Below, piece by piece: positions 1 to 9,498 of a stretch of DNA of 64,000 nt. The translations under genes and the position numbers were made by a program. Source of the DNA: an uncultured delta proteobacterium (GTDB taxonomy: Bacteria > Desulfobacterota > Binatia > UBA9968). Position 1 is the stretch's first letter. The number at the start of each line of letters is the position of its first letter. The stretch is from positions 69,973-133,972 of the forward strand of contig CAVYTU010000002.1 in the NCBI GenBank assembly GCA_963771465.1, written 5' to 3'. A model generated the notes under the pieces. The model was not told where the DNA came from. It saw only the letters and a list, made by a program, of their open reading frames with translations, and made no database searches.

Positions 1-187
1 CGGCAATCCCGGCCATGAAGTCGAGAAACAGATTGCCGTCGACATCTTCGATGACGCAGCCGCGTCCTTCCTTGACGACCAACGGATAAACCCGTCCATA
101 AGCGGGCGCGGTAAACTTCTCATCGCGCTCGACGATGGCTTTCGCTTTGGGACCAGGGAGAGCTGTTTTGATGTGGGGTATTTTCAT
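1..187 (-). CDS. class-III aminotransferase (GABA/omega-aminotransferase-like), 5' part only; gene runs off the left edge
   Basis: Reverse translation from ATG at 187-185 gives MKIPHIKTALPGPKAKAIVERDEKFTAPAYGRVYPLVVKEGRGCVIEDVDGNLFLDFMAGIA, a typical N-terminus of this family. Absent from the ORF track because it is truncated. Confidence 0.7.
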   Translation of the reverse strand, partial: MKIPHIKTALPGPKAKAIVERDEKFTAPAYGRVYPLVVKEGRGCVIEDVDGNLFLDFMAGIA

Positions 188-273
188 AGGCGAACAACTT
201 GGGTTAATGGGTTCCTGAAGTCAACGGCAATTGCAACCATCCGATACCTCCATCGCTCTATATCTCCATTCTT

Positions 274-1765
274 TTATTCCGCGTTATCAATCTGCGCCTT
301 CTGCAGCTTGCCCGAATAGTCGACGTAAATTGATTTCCACTCGGTAAAGATATCGTACACGGTCGTGCCCGCTTCGCGGTGGCCGTTGCCGGTGTCTTTG
401 ACGCCGCCGAAAGGTAGATGCACCTCGGCGCCGATGGTCGGGCCGTTGATATAAGTAATGCCGGCTTCGATATCCCGCATGGCGCGAAACGCCCGCGTCA
501 CATCGTTGGTGTAAATCGAACTAGACAACCCATACGCCGTGCCGTTGAGTACGTTGATCGCTTCCTCGAAGCTGGAGATTTCAATAATCGACAGCACCGG
601 CCCGAAAATCTCTTCCTGCGCGATACGCATATGGGGCTTCACCTGATCGAAAATCGTCGGTTGGAAAAAGTAGCCATTGGCGCAATCGCCTGAATCGTAA
701 ATTGCCCCGCCGGTGCGTAGCCGCGCGCCTTCTTGGGCGCCGATCTCGATGTAGCGCATCACTTTCTCCCGCGCAGTCTGATTGATCAGCGGCCCCATCT
801 CAACGCTTTCGTCGAGACCGTCGCCAATTTTTATTTTCTGCGCCCGCTCGACCAGCGCGTCGGTTACCTTTTTTGCGACATCGCGATGGACGATCAAACG
901 GCTGGTCGCCGTGCAGCGTTGCCCCGTCGTGCCGAAGGCGCCCCACAGCGCGCCTTCGATGGCGAGATCGAGATCGGCGTCTTCCATGACGATCTGCGCG
1001 TTTTTACCGCCGAGCTCCAGCGAGACGCGTTTGAGATTTTGGCCGCAAGCCGAAGCGATCTCACGCCCAACCGCGGCGGAGCCGGTGAAGGAAACCAACT
1101 GCACATGCTTATGGCGCACCAGCGCGGCACCGACTTCTTCGCCGCGGCCATGAATCAAATTGACCACGCCTGGCGGCACGCCGGCTTCGGTGAGAATTTC
1201 GACGAATCGGGTCGCGGTGTGCGGCGTATCTTCCGCCGGTTTGAGTATCACCGTGTTGCCGCAGATCAGCGCGGGAAACGAATTTCCAGGTCGGAATCGC
1301 CAGCGGAAAGTTCCACGGCGTGATCAGCGCGCACACGCCGATCGGCGTGCGCACCGACATGGCGAATTTGTTGGGCATCTCCGCCGGTGTGGTCTCACCA
1401 AACAGCCGGCGTCCTTCGCCGGCGTTGAGAAACGCGCAGTCGATCCCTTCTTGGACATCGCCGCGGGTTTCCTTCAACACCTTGCCCATCTCGCGGGTCT
1501 CGATGCGCGCCAGTTCTTCTTTGTTTTTTTTCAACAGCTCGCCGACGCGGTAGAGAATCTCGCCCCGTTTGGGTGCCGGCACCAAACGCCAGGAAGCAAA
1601 GGCTTTCGTCGCAGCCTGTACTGCCGCGTCGACATCGGCAACGCTCGAAGCGGGGAACGAACCGATCAGATCGTCGCGCTTGGCTGGATTGCGGTTCTCA
1701 AAAGTCTTTTCCGACTTGGCTGCTAGCCATTGACCGTCGATGTAATTGAAAAATTTTTGCGCCAT
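274..1765 (-). CDS. NAD(P)+-dependent aldehyde dehydrogenase, reading frame broken once (track ORFs 1109-1870 and 274-1251)
   Basis: The N-terminal part reads [13 protein letters not shown]...[15 protein letters not shown]. After a 1-nt shift the DNA reads [27 protein letters not shown] and GQRCTA catalytic motifs are present. A GGGAGA SD precedes the ATG at 1765. The break lies in the gggaaac run at ~1273-1279. Confidence 0.85.
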
Positions 1766-1902
1766 AATCATTCTCCCGGCCGATTTCCCATCCGACCAGT
1801 TAACCTGCTCCGCCACGGCAATTGTAGGTGTCTCACGCGCCGAACACAACGTTAATGTGCCGATAAGCAAACAACCAAGCGACCCCGGATGGCGCTCCGC
1901 TT

Positions 1903-1924
1903 AATTGATTTTACGCCGTCAATT
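1903..1924. promoter_or_regulatory. inverted repeat AATTGA-N10-TCAATT in the divergent ALDH/tctC intergenic region (possible operator)
   Basis: Read directly as aattgattttacgccgtcaatt, ~65 nt upstream of the tctC ATG. Confidence 0.2.
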
Positions 1925-1987
1925 GGATAGTTTCTGGCCACCCAAGCGGCCGGCACTGCGAGCCAAACAAAGAAGGAGCTATCTATA

Positions 1988-3013
1988 ATGAAGACTGGAA
2001 TATTCTCAACCCTCATCCTGTTCGCGACGATGATGTCGGCTAGCAACGCCAGCGCTGCGGAAGAGTTTTTTAAAGGCAAATCGATTCGCATCGTCGTCGG
2101 CTTCTCCGCCGGCGGCGGCTTCGACACCTACGCGCGCGCCATCTCGCGCCACATAACTAAGCATATCCCCGGCAACCCAAATGTCGTCGTCGAGAACATG
2201 ACCGGCGCCGGCAGCCTGATCGCCGCCAATCATGTTTACAAAGTCGCCAAGCCGGACGGCTTGACCATCGGCCATTTCATCGGCGGTTTGTTTCTTGGCC
2301 AAGTTCTCGGCCAGGCCGGCGTTGAATTCGACGCGCGCAAGTTCGAATTCATCGGCGCGCCGATCAGCGATCACGTCGTCTGCGCCTTGACCAAAGCGAG
2401 CGGCATCACTAGCGTGGACAAGTGGATGGCATCGAAGACTCCGGTAAAACTCGGCGGTCTCGCTCCCGGTACTTCGACGCCGGACAACGCCACGCGCATA
2501 TTGAAAGCCTCCTTAGGACTGCCGATTCAATTGGTCACCGGTTACAAAGGCACGGCCGATGTACGTCTGGCGGCGGATAGCGGTGAACTCGCCGGCGGCT
2601 GTTGGGGTTGGGATTCGATCAGCGTCACGTGGCGCAAAGCCCTCGACACCGGCGACGCAGTCGTCGTGCTCCAGGCCAATCGCAGAAATCATCCCGACCT
2701 GCCCAACGTCCCGCAGGCGATCAAGCTCGCCAAAACCGAAGATGCCCGTAAGATGATCGAAATTGGCATCCACGGCGACAGTGATATCGTGCGGCCCTAC
2801 GCCTTGCCGCCCGGCACGCCCAAAGACCGCGTGCAGATTCTGCGCAAAGCATTTGAGGCAACTCTCAAAGACGCGGAGTTCGTCGCCGATGCGAAAAAAG
2901 CTCGGCTCAATATCGATCCGATTCCGCCGGAGGAAATTGAGAAGGACATCGCCGGCTTGTTCAAACTCGATCCCGCGCTAATCACTAAGCTCAAAGATGT
3001 ACTTTACAATTAA
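1988..3013 (+). CDS. tctC: tripartite tricarboxylate transporter (TTT) periplasmic substrate-binding protein, Bug/TctC family
   Basis: Signal peptide MKTGIFSTLILFATMMSASNASA. Contains GKSIRIVVGFSAGGGFDTYAR and VENMTGAGSLIAANHVYKVAKPDGLTIG, typical of Bug proteins. AAGGAG SD. Lies directly upstream of a TctA gene. Confidence 0.85.
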   Translation: MKTGIFSTLILFATMMSASNASAAEEFFKGKSIRIVVGFSAGGGFDTYARAISRHITKHIPGNPNVVVENMTGAGSLIAANHVYKVAKPDGLTIGHFIGGLFLGQVLGQAGVEFDARKFEFIGAPISDHVVCALTKASGITSVDKWMASKTPVKLGGLAPGTSTPDNATRILKASLGLPIQLVTGYKGTADVRLAADSGELAGGCWGWDSISVTWRKALDTGDAVVVLQANRRNHPDLPNVPQAIKLAKTEDARKMIEIGIHGDSDIVRPYALPPGTPKDRVQILRKAFEATLKDAEFVADAKKARLNIDPIPPEEIEKDIAGLFKLDPALITKLKDVLYN

Positions 3014-3075
3014 CCATGACACTGATATTGAGCGGCGACTCATTTTGCTAAGCACACTACGGGGCCTAAGTTGAT

Positions 3076-5103
3076 ATGGATTTGGTCAGCGCGCTCTTTT
3101 CCGGACTCCTTCAAGTTTTCAACTGGTCGACATTTAGCTTGATGATTGTTGGAATTGCTGTCGGCTTCGTCGTCGGCATCCTTCCCGGCCTCGGTGGACC
3201 GACGGCGATGGCGCTCATGTTGCCGTTTGTTTTTAAGATGAACGCCGTCGAAGCCTTCGCCTTCCTATTGGGTATGACGGCGGTCACGGCGACTACCGGC
3301 GATATTACATCCGTACTATTTGGCGTTCCCGGTGAGCCGACCACTGCGTCGACCATCGTCGATGGCCATGCCATGGCACGCAATGGGGAGGCGGGCAGAG
3401 CGCTAGGCGCCGTTCTGATGAGTTCCTTGGTGGGAGCCATATTCGGCGCCGTTGCTATCGCCGTCGCCATCCCGATTGTACGTCCACTCGTGCTCTCCTT
3501 CGGTTCACCCGAATTCTTCATGCTCTCACTGTTGGGGATTTCCTTCGTGGCGGCCCTTAGCGGTGAGGATGTGCTTAAAGGCATCGTCTCGGGGGGGATC
3601 GGATTGATGTTCGCGACTATCGGTCTCGATCCGATCTCGGGTATTCAGCGTTACACCTTCGGTCAACTATTTCTTTGGGACGGGATCGGACTCGTTCCTA
3701 TTACGATCGGCTTTTACGCCATTCCCGAAACCATCGAGCTGGCCGTGCTAGGAACCAGTATTTCTACTCAGAAGGTCGGAAAACTCGGCGGCGTCATGGA
3801 AGGCGTCAAGGACACGTTCCGTCACTGGTGGCTGGTCATCCGCTGCAGTGCGCTTGGCACATTCATGGCGATCATTCCCGGAATGGGAGCGGCTACCACC
3901 CAGTGGCTGTCCTACGCTCACGCGGTGCAAAGCTCACCGAATAAAGAACGTTTCGGAAAAGGAGATGTTCGCGGGGTGTTGGGTCCCGGCGCGGCAAACA
4001 ACTCGACGCTCGGCGGGAGCTTGATTACGACCATCGCTTTCGGCGTACCGGCTAGCGTCATCATGGCAATTCTCCTGGGTGCGTTTATCATCCAAGGTAT
4101 CGTTCCCGGCCCTGACATGCTGATCCCTCCACCAAAGGGCAAACTCGATCTAACTTTTTCCTTCGTCTGGGTCATCATCATTTCTAATATAATTACCGTA
4201 GCGGTCTGCTTTCTGTTTTTGGAACCCCTAGCGAAAGTCACTCAGGTTCGTGGCGGCATCATCATCCCGATCATTCTGGTCTTAATCTATCTCGGCGCCT
4301 TCGCGGAGAAAAATGCTTTCGAAGACATGATCATCGTACTCTTCTTTGGCGGCCTCGGTTGGATCATGGAGAAATTGGCATGGCCACGGCCGCCCGTGTT
4401 GTTGGGACTTGTGCTTGGCCCGCTGGCTGAGAACCGGCTTTTCTTATCCACCGACAATTATGGCTTGGCCTGGCTGCATAGGCCGGGGGTAATGGTAATC
4501 TTCGCGTTAACGCTTTTTGGTGTCTTCTATCCAATGATAAAGAGCCGGCGGGAAGCGCGCGCAAAGGCCGCTCAACAACCTGTCACCCAGGCTCGCTCCG
4601 CCGAGGCTACAGCGCGACAATTACACTTTGGCGCGGCGACTGCGTATACGTTCACCGTTATAGTGCTGCTCTCGCTCGCACTCTGGCAGAGCCGCAACTT
4701 CGGTTTTCGCGCCGGCCTGTTTCCATGGGCCATCGGCATTCCAACCCTCATTTTGGCGATCGCTCAGCTCGGCCGGGACCTCTACGGCAAGAAGAAGACC
4801 GCTGCGGCGTCATTGATTGAAAACGTCGAAGAGAAAATCGATCCCGCCGTGATGCAGCAACGCACCATTGAGGTGATCCTTTGGACCATCGGCTTTTTCT
4901 TGGCCATTTGGCTCCTCGGGTTTACCTATGCCGTGCCGCTAACGATCCTGCTTTATCTAAAATTCGCCGGCAAAGAGAGTTGGCTAATGACGGCGCTGGT
5001 AACTTTTTTCGCCTGGCTGTTTTACTGGGGCCTGTTCGAGAAGCTGCTCAACGTGCCGTTCCCGGAAGGGCTACTGATCGGTCTGATCAAAGGCGGACAG
5101 TAG
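3076..5103 (+). CDS. tctA: TTT large membrane subunit TctA with a C-terminal TctB-like 4-TM extension (TctA-TctB fusion)
   Basis: 675 aa compared with ~500 aa for a usual TctA. The first ~495 aa are polytopic and TctA-like (GILPGLGGPTAMALMLPF). A hydrophilic linker (SRREARAKAAQQPVTQARSAEATARQ) follows, then four further hydrophobic helices resembling the small TctB subunit. Confidence 0.75.
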   Translation: MDLVSALFSGLLQVFNWSTFSLMIVGIAVGFVVGILPGLGGPTAMALMLPFVFKMNAVEAFAFLLGMTAVTATTGDITSVLFGVPGEPTTASTIVDGHAMARNGEAGRALGAVLMSSLVGAIFGAVAIAVAIPIVRPLVLSFGSPEFFMLSLLGISFVAALSGEDVLKGIVSGGIGLMFATIGLDPISGIQRYTFGQLFLWDGIGLVPITIGFYAIPETIELAVLGTSISTQKVGKLGGVMEGVKDTFRHWWLVIRCSALGTFMAIIPGMGAATTQWLSYAHAVQSSPNKERFGKGDVRGVLGPGAANNSTLGGSLITTIAFGVPASVIMAILLGAFIIQGIVPGPDMLIPPPKGKLDLTFSFVWVIIISNIITVAVCFLFLEPLAKVTQVRGGIIIPIILVLIYLGAFAEKNAFEDMIIVLFFGGLGWIMEKLAWPRPPVLLGLVLGPLAENRLFLSTDNYGLAWLHRPGVMVIFALTLFGVFYPMIKSRREARAKAAQQPVTQARSAEATARQLHFGAATAYTFTVIVLLSLALWQSRNFGFRAGLFPWAIGIPTLILAIAQLGRDLYGKKKTAAASLIENVEEKIDPAVMQQRTIEVILWTIGFFLAIWLLGFTYAVPLTILLYLKFAGKESWLMTALVTFFAWLFYWGLFEKLLNVPFPEGLLIGLIKGGQ

Positions 5104-5124
5104 GGGAGCGCCTAGCAGAAGCTA

Positions 5125-5204
5125 GATGTCGGAAGTCAGAGGTCAAAAGTCAGTATCCTATTTGGATGCAGTGCTGATCTCTGACATCTGATCTCGGATC
5201 TCTG
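5125..5204. repeat. word-built imperfect hairpin (GTCAGA / TCTGAC words) between convergent genes; probable bidirectional terminator or REP-like element
   Basis: Left arm gatgtcggaagtcagaggtcaaaagtcag; right arm ctgatctctgacatctgatctcggatctctg. Confidence 0.55.
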
Positions 5205-5209
5205 GTTCG

Positions 5210-7525
5210 TCAATCGCTTATTTCAGCTCGCGCTACCAATCCGCGCCAGACCTTCTCCGGCGTGAGCGGCAAATCATACAAACGTAGTCCGGTCGCGCGA
5301 TAGAGCGCATTGCCGATCGCCGCGGCGACCGGCAATAACCCGCCCTCGCCCGTACCCTTCGAACCGAACGGGCCGGGACCGTTCTCGCTTTCAACTAAGA
5401 TCGTTTCGAAATCCTTCGGCAAGTCGTTGAAACTCGGGATCCGATAATCGACCAGATTGGGATTCAATAGCTGGCCGTCCCGGTAAATCATTTCTTCCAT
5501 CAAACTGTGACCGATGGCGTTCATGACGCCACCCTCGTCCTGCCCTTCGCAGAGCACCGGGTGGATCGCTTTGCCGACGTCGGCGAGAGAAACATATTTG
5601 AGCAATTTTACTTCGCCGGTGTCCGGGTCGACCTCGACTTCAGCGCCGCCCCAACTGATCTCCCAAAAATTGGTCGGCGACCCGAGCGCCGCCTTTGCGC
5701 TCTTGATCGATTGATAGGCGCCGCGGCCGATCATCTCGCCGGAGCGCGACAAGAAAACTTTCTGCATCAATTCGGTGAAGGTCAGCGTCTGGTTCTTGGC
5801 GCCGACAATCTTACCGTCGCGAAGAGCCAGTCGTTGCGCTTTGGTTTTGAGAATCTTCGCCGCGTGGCGCAAGATTTGCCGCTTTAAGTCCTGTGACGCG
5901 CGCTGCACCGACAAGCCCATCACCACCGTCGAGCTGCTCGCGTTGGTGTTGACGTCGTAGGGCGTCACGTCCGTATCAAGCTCGGCTACGGTTACGGCAT
6001 CGAAGGGAATACCGAGTTCCTCGGCGACCACTTGGCTGAGCGCCGTGCGCGCCCCTTGGCCGATTTCGACCGTGCCGGTCAATAAAACGACGCTACCGTC
6101 GGCGCTCATCTTGACTGCTGCGGATGACACTTTGTAGGTGCCGCCGCCGTCTTTCATGCAAACGGCAAGGCCTTTGCCCAATCGTTTACCTGGGCCAGGC
6201 TTGCGGCTTTTTAGTCCCCAACCGATCTCTTCGGCGGCCTGCAGCAAGCCGGCTTTGAGATCGCAATCCACCGGTGTGTCTCCCGGCGTGTAAAGTTCGC
6301 CTTTCTTTAAAAGATTCTTAAGCCGAAAATCGAGCGGGTCGAGACCGAGCTTTTCGGCGATAATGTCCATCTGCGACTCGTAGGCCCAGGTAACCTGCAA
6401 AGTGCCGAAGCCGCGATAGGCGCCGGCCGGCACAGTGTTGGTGTAAACCGTATAGGCATCGGTCTTCATATGAGCCAAACGATAGGGCCCAAAGCAGCGA
6501 TAGCCGGCTTTCTGCGTCACCCGCGGACCGGCATCGGCGTAGGCGCCGGTTTCCATGTGAATAACGCACTGGCGCGCCACCAGCTTGCCGTCCTGGTTAA
6601 CGCCGGTTTTGATCCGCACCCGGGCCGGATGGCGGGTGATGGTTTTAAAACTTTCTTCAATCGTATGCGCCAAGCGCACCGGCCGCTTGGCCTTCCAAGA
6701 CAACACCGCCGCCAGCGGTTCGGTCTTGACCGCCAGCTTGCCGCCGTAGCCACCGCCGACATAGGGCACGATGACGCGAATCTTGTTCAGCGGTAGATGA
6801 AAAATATCGGCGAGATGTTCGCGCAAGGTAAACGGCTCCTGCGTGCCGGCCCACAGCGTCAGGCGATCGCCTTCGAAGTGCGCCACCGTGGCGTGCGGTT
6901 CCATCGCAAGATGCTGCACCCGCGGAAAAGTAAATGTGTTCTCGAAAACATGATCGGCCTGTTTGAAGCCGGCTTCGACATCGCCATTGGCGTAACTGAA
7001 ACGATAACAGAGATTGGTGCCGCTGAATTCCTTGGGCGCCTCGTAATGTTGCCCCATGAGCTCGCCGCCGCTGGCCGAGTATTCGTGCACCAGCGGCGCG
7101 CCGGGCGCCATCGCCTCATCCAAACTCGTCACCGACGGCAACTCTTGGTAATCAATTTCGATCATTTCCAACGCTGCGTTCGCCGTCGCTTCATCGACCG
7201 CGGCCACCGCCGCCACCGGATCGCCGGCGTAGCGCGCTTTATCGACGGCGACGATGGTTTGATCCTTATACGCGGCGCCGAACATGCGGATATTTTTCTG
7301 ATCGTCGCGGGTGATTACCGCATAGACGCCGGCCAGCTTTTCCGCCTTGCTGCCGTCGACGCGAAGGATGCGCGCATGGGCGTAGGGACTGCGCAATATC
7401 TTGCCATGGGCCATGCCCGGCAGTTCGACATCGACCGTGTAAAGCGCGTGGCCGGTAACTTTCTCCGCGCCGTCCGAGCGCGCTTCGGCTTTGCCGATAA
7501 CTTTGTACGTCTGTGCTTTCTTCAT
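5210..7525 (-). CDS. xanthine dehydrogenase / aldehyde oxidase / CO-dehydrogenase family molybdopterin-binding large subunit
   Basis: 771 aa. N-terminus YKVIGKAEARSDGAEKVTGHALYTVDVELPGMAHGKILRSPYAHARI and overall length are typical of the family. Confidence 0.8.
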   Translation of the reverse strand: MKKAQTYKVIGKAEARSDGAEKVTGHALYTVDVELPGMAHGKILRSPYAHARILRVDGSKAEKLAGVYAVITRDDQKNIRMFGAAYKDQTIVAVDKARYAGDPVAAVAAVDEATANAALEMIEIDYQELPSVTSLDEAMAPGAPLVHEYSASGGELMGQHYEAPKEFSGTNLCYRFSYANGDVEAGFKQADHVFENTFTFPRVQHLAMEPHATVAHFEGDRLTLWAGTQEPFTLREHLADIFHLPLNKIRVIVPYVGGGYGGKLAVKTEPLAAVLSWKAKRPVRLAHTIEESFKTITRHPARVRIKTGVNQDGKLVARQCVIHMETGAYADAGPRVTQKAGYRCFGPYRLAHMKTDAYTVYTNTVPAGAYRGFGTLQVTWAYESQMDIIAEKLGLDPLDFRLKNLLKKGELYTPGDTPVDCDLKAGLLQAAEEIGWGLKSRKPGPGKRLGKGLAVCMKDGGGTYKVSSAAVKMSADGSVVLLTGTVEIGQGARTALSQVVAEELGIPFDAVTVAELDTDVTPYDVNTNASSSTVVMGLSVQRASQDLKRQILRHAAKILKTKAQRLALRDGKIVGAKNQTLTFTELMQKVFLSRSGEMIGRGAYQSIKSAKAALGSPTNFWEISWGGAEVEVDPDTGEVKLLKYVSLADVGKAIHPVLCEGQDEGGVMNAIGHSLMEEMIYRDGQLLNPNLVDYRIPSFNDLPKDFETILVESENGPGPFGSKGTGEGGLLPVAAAIGNALYRATGLRLYDLPLTPEKVWRGLVARAEISD

Positions 7526-7534
7526 CCACCAACC

Positions 7535-8857
7535 TCAATGGCTAAATTTGTTCTTCACCCACGCGAGAGCGTCTTCCCGAGTGACTAATTCGCCACCGAG
7601 CTGAGCATCTTCCACCTGATGTAAGATTTGTCCGAACAACGGGCCCGGTTTGAAGCCCATTTCGATCAAGTCGCCGCCGCGCAGCAGCGGCTCAGGGCGA
7701 ATCTCCTCGTCCTTGAGTTGCGCCAGCCGCTCGGTGCAAAATCGGTAATACTGTAAATCGCCGTTGGACGACAACGCATCGATGCGCGCCAATTCGAGCA
7801 GCTCGTCGATGCCCTCTTCGCGCAAGAATCGCTTGAGCGTGCTCAAGCGCATCTGCGGTGCTTGCACCGGGCGCAAGTGATTGTGGACGAGATAAGCGAC
7901 CCGCTCCCAAACGGCGCGCCCGCGTTTCAAGCGCTTGAGAATCTCCTCGGCCATCGCCACGCCCTGCTCGGTGTGGCCGTAAAAAGTTATCCGGTTGCCC
8001 TCCTGCCGTATACAAACCGGCTTGGCAACATCGTGCAACAGACAGCCGTAGGCTAGCGTTTCGGACGGCGCATCCAAGTGGCTAAGCAGCAATAACGTGT
8101 GCGCGAAGACATCGCCCTCCGGATGATAATCCGGACTCTGCACGGTCGTTTTCATCGCGACGATTTCTGGCAAGAGCGCAGCGAGCAAACCGCTCTCATC
8201 CAACAACTCAAAACCGCGCCGGGCGCCGCCCTCGGTAAGTATTCGCGTCACTTCATCGCCGATACGTTCCCATGAAACCTGCGTAACGGCGGTCGCCGAC
8301 TGGCGAATCGCTTCGAACGTTGCCGGATCAATGGCGAATTTCAGGCCAGCGGCGAATCGCAGCGCGCGAATCATGCGCAGTCGGTCTTCTTCGAAGCGCG
8401 CCTGCGGGTTGCCAATGGCGCGGATGACGCGCCGCTCGAGGTCGTTTTGGCCATCGACCAAATCGATGACACGATCGTCGATGGGATCGTAAATCATTCC
8501 GTTGATGGTAAAGTCGCGACGCCGGACGTCTTCCTCGAGACTGCCGTAGCGCACATGGCTCGGGTGGCGGCCGTCCAAATACGGCCCGTCGTGACGAAAG
8601 CTCGCGACTTCGAAAGGCGTGCCGTCGATGAGCACAAGTATCACGCCAAACTGCGCGCCGACGGGGAGGGTATCTGGAAAGATGCGCTGAATGTCTTCAG
8701 GTCGCGCGGCGGTGGCGATGTCGTAATCCTGGGGCTCTTTTTTGAGCAACATATCGCGCACGCAGCCGCCGGCGAGATAAGCCTCATAACCTTCGCGCCG
8801 CAGCCGTTTAAGGATAAAGACGGCGCTTTCACGCGCCGATGAATTTGCTAAAGCCAC
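7535..8857 (-). CDS. cca: CCA-adding tRNA nucleotidyltransferase / poly(A) polymerase family protein with HD domain
   Basis: GYEAYLAGGCVRDMLLKKEPQDYDIAT nucleotidyltransferase head, RRDFTINGM motif, and C-terminal HD region (LLHDVAKP). Confidence 0.8.
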   Translation of the reverse strand: MALANSSARESAVFILKRLRREGYEAYLAGGCVRDMLLKKEPQDYDIATAARPEDIQRIFPDTLPVGAQFGVILVLIDGTPFEVASFRHDGPYLDGRHPSHVRYGSLEEDVRRRDFTINGMIYDPIDDRVIDLVDGQNDLERRVIRAIGNPQARFEEDRLRMIRALRFAAGLKFAIDPATFEAIRQSATAVTQVSWERIGDEVTRILTEGGARRGFELLDESGLLAALLPEIVAMKTTVQSPDYHPEGDVFAHTLLLLSHLDAPSETLAYGCLLHDVAKPVCIRQEGNRITFYGHTEQGVAMAEEILKRLKRGRAVWERVAYLVHNHLRPVQAPQMRLSTLKRFLREEGIDELLELARIDALSSNGDLQYYRFCTERLAQLKDEEIRPEPLLRGGDLIEMGFKPGPLFGQILHQVEDAQLGGELVTREDALAWVKNKFSH

Positions 8858-8897
8858 AATCGATGGATACTCGATTGGCAGTCAAAAAGGTAGCGGC

Positions 8898-9284
8898 CTA
8901 GAGCGGAAACGTGGTGCTGGTGGAAGGAATCATCTCGCGTACTTTTGTTTGCAGCTCTTGAAAAGTAAACGGCTTGACGATGTAGCCGTTACAACCCGCC
9001 GCAGTGCAGGCGCTGAGATCGGCATCGCGAAAAAGCGCGGTGGCGGCGAGGATTGGAGTCGTTTTCATATCGTCATGGGCGCGAATTTGCCGCGCCACTT
9101 CCCAGCCGTCCATCTCGGGCATCATGATATCCAAAATGATCAGTTCGGGCTTTTCACTGAGCGCCATTTCCACGCCTTCCTTACCTTGTCTGGCGGTGAT
9201 GGGCGTGAACCCCATCAGCTCGATCTGCCAACAGAGCAGCTCGCGCATGTCCGAGTGATCTTCAATGATGAGAATTTTTTTCAT
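8898..9284 (-). CDS. stand-alone response regulator receiver domain (CheY-like)
   Basis: 128 aa. KILIIEDH..., phospho-acceptor context LIILDIMMPEMDG, conserved K in YIVKPF. No output domain. Confidence 0.85.
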   Translation of the reverse strand: MKKILIIEDHSDMRELLCWQIELMGFTPITARQGKEGVEMALSEKPELIILDIMMPEMDGWEVARQIRAHDDMKTTPILAATALFRDADLSACTAAGCNGYIVKPFTFQELQTKVREMIPSTSTTFPL

Positions 9285-9498
9285 GGTTGGGGGCTCTGGC
9301 CTGTTGCAGAGGGAGTTTAAATCTTTATGCCTGCAAGGCAGCCCAACTATGCCGCAGCGTAATTGTCGCTGTCAAGCAAAGTCGCGAAATTATCCTGCGT
9401 GTGAATCGCAGTTACAAACTGCGTCGCCGCGTTGCGCGGTAGGGCTCGATGGATGCGCTGGAATCGCGCCGATTCGAATCGGCAATATTTTCAGGATT

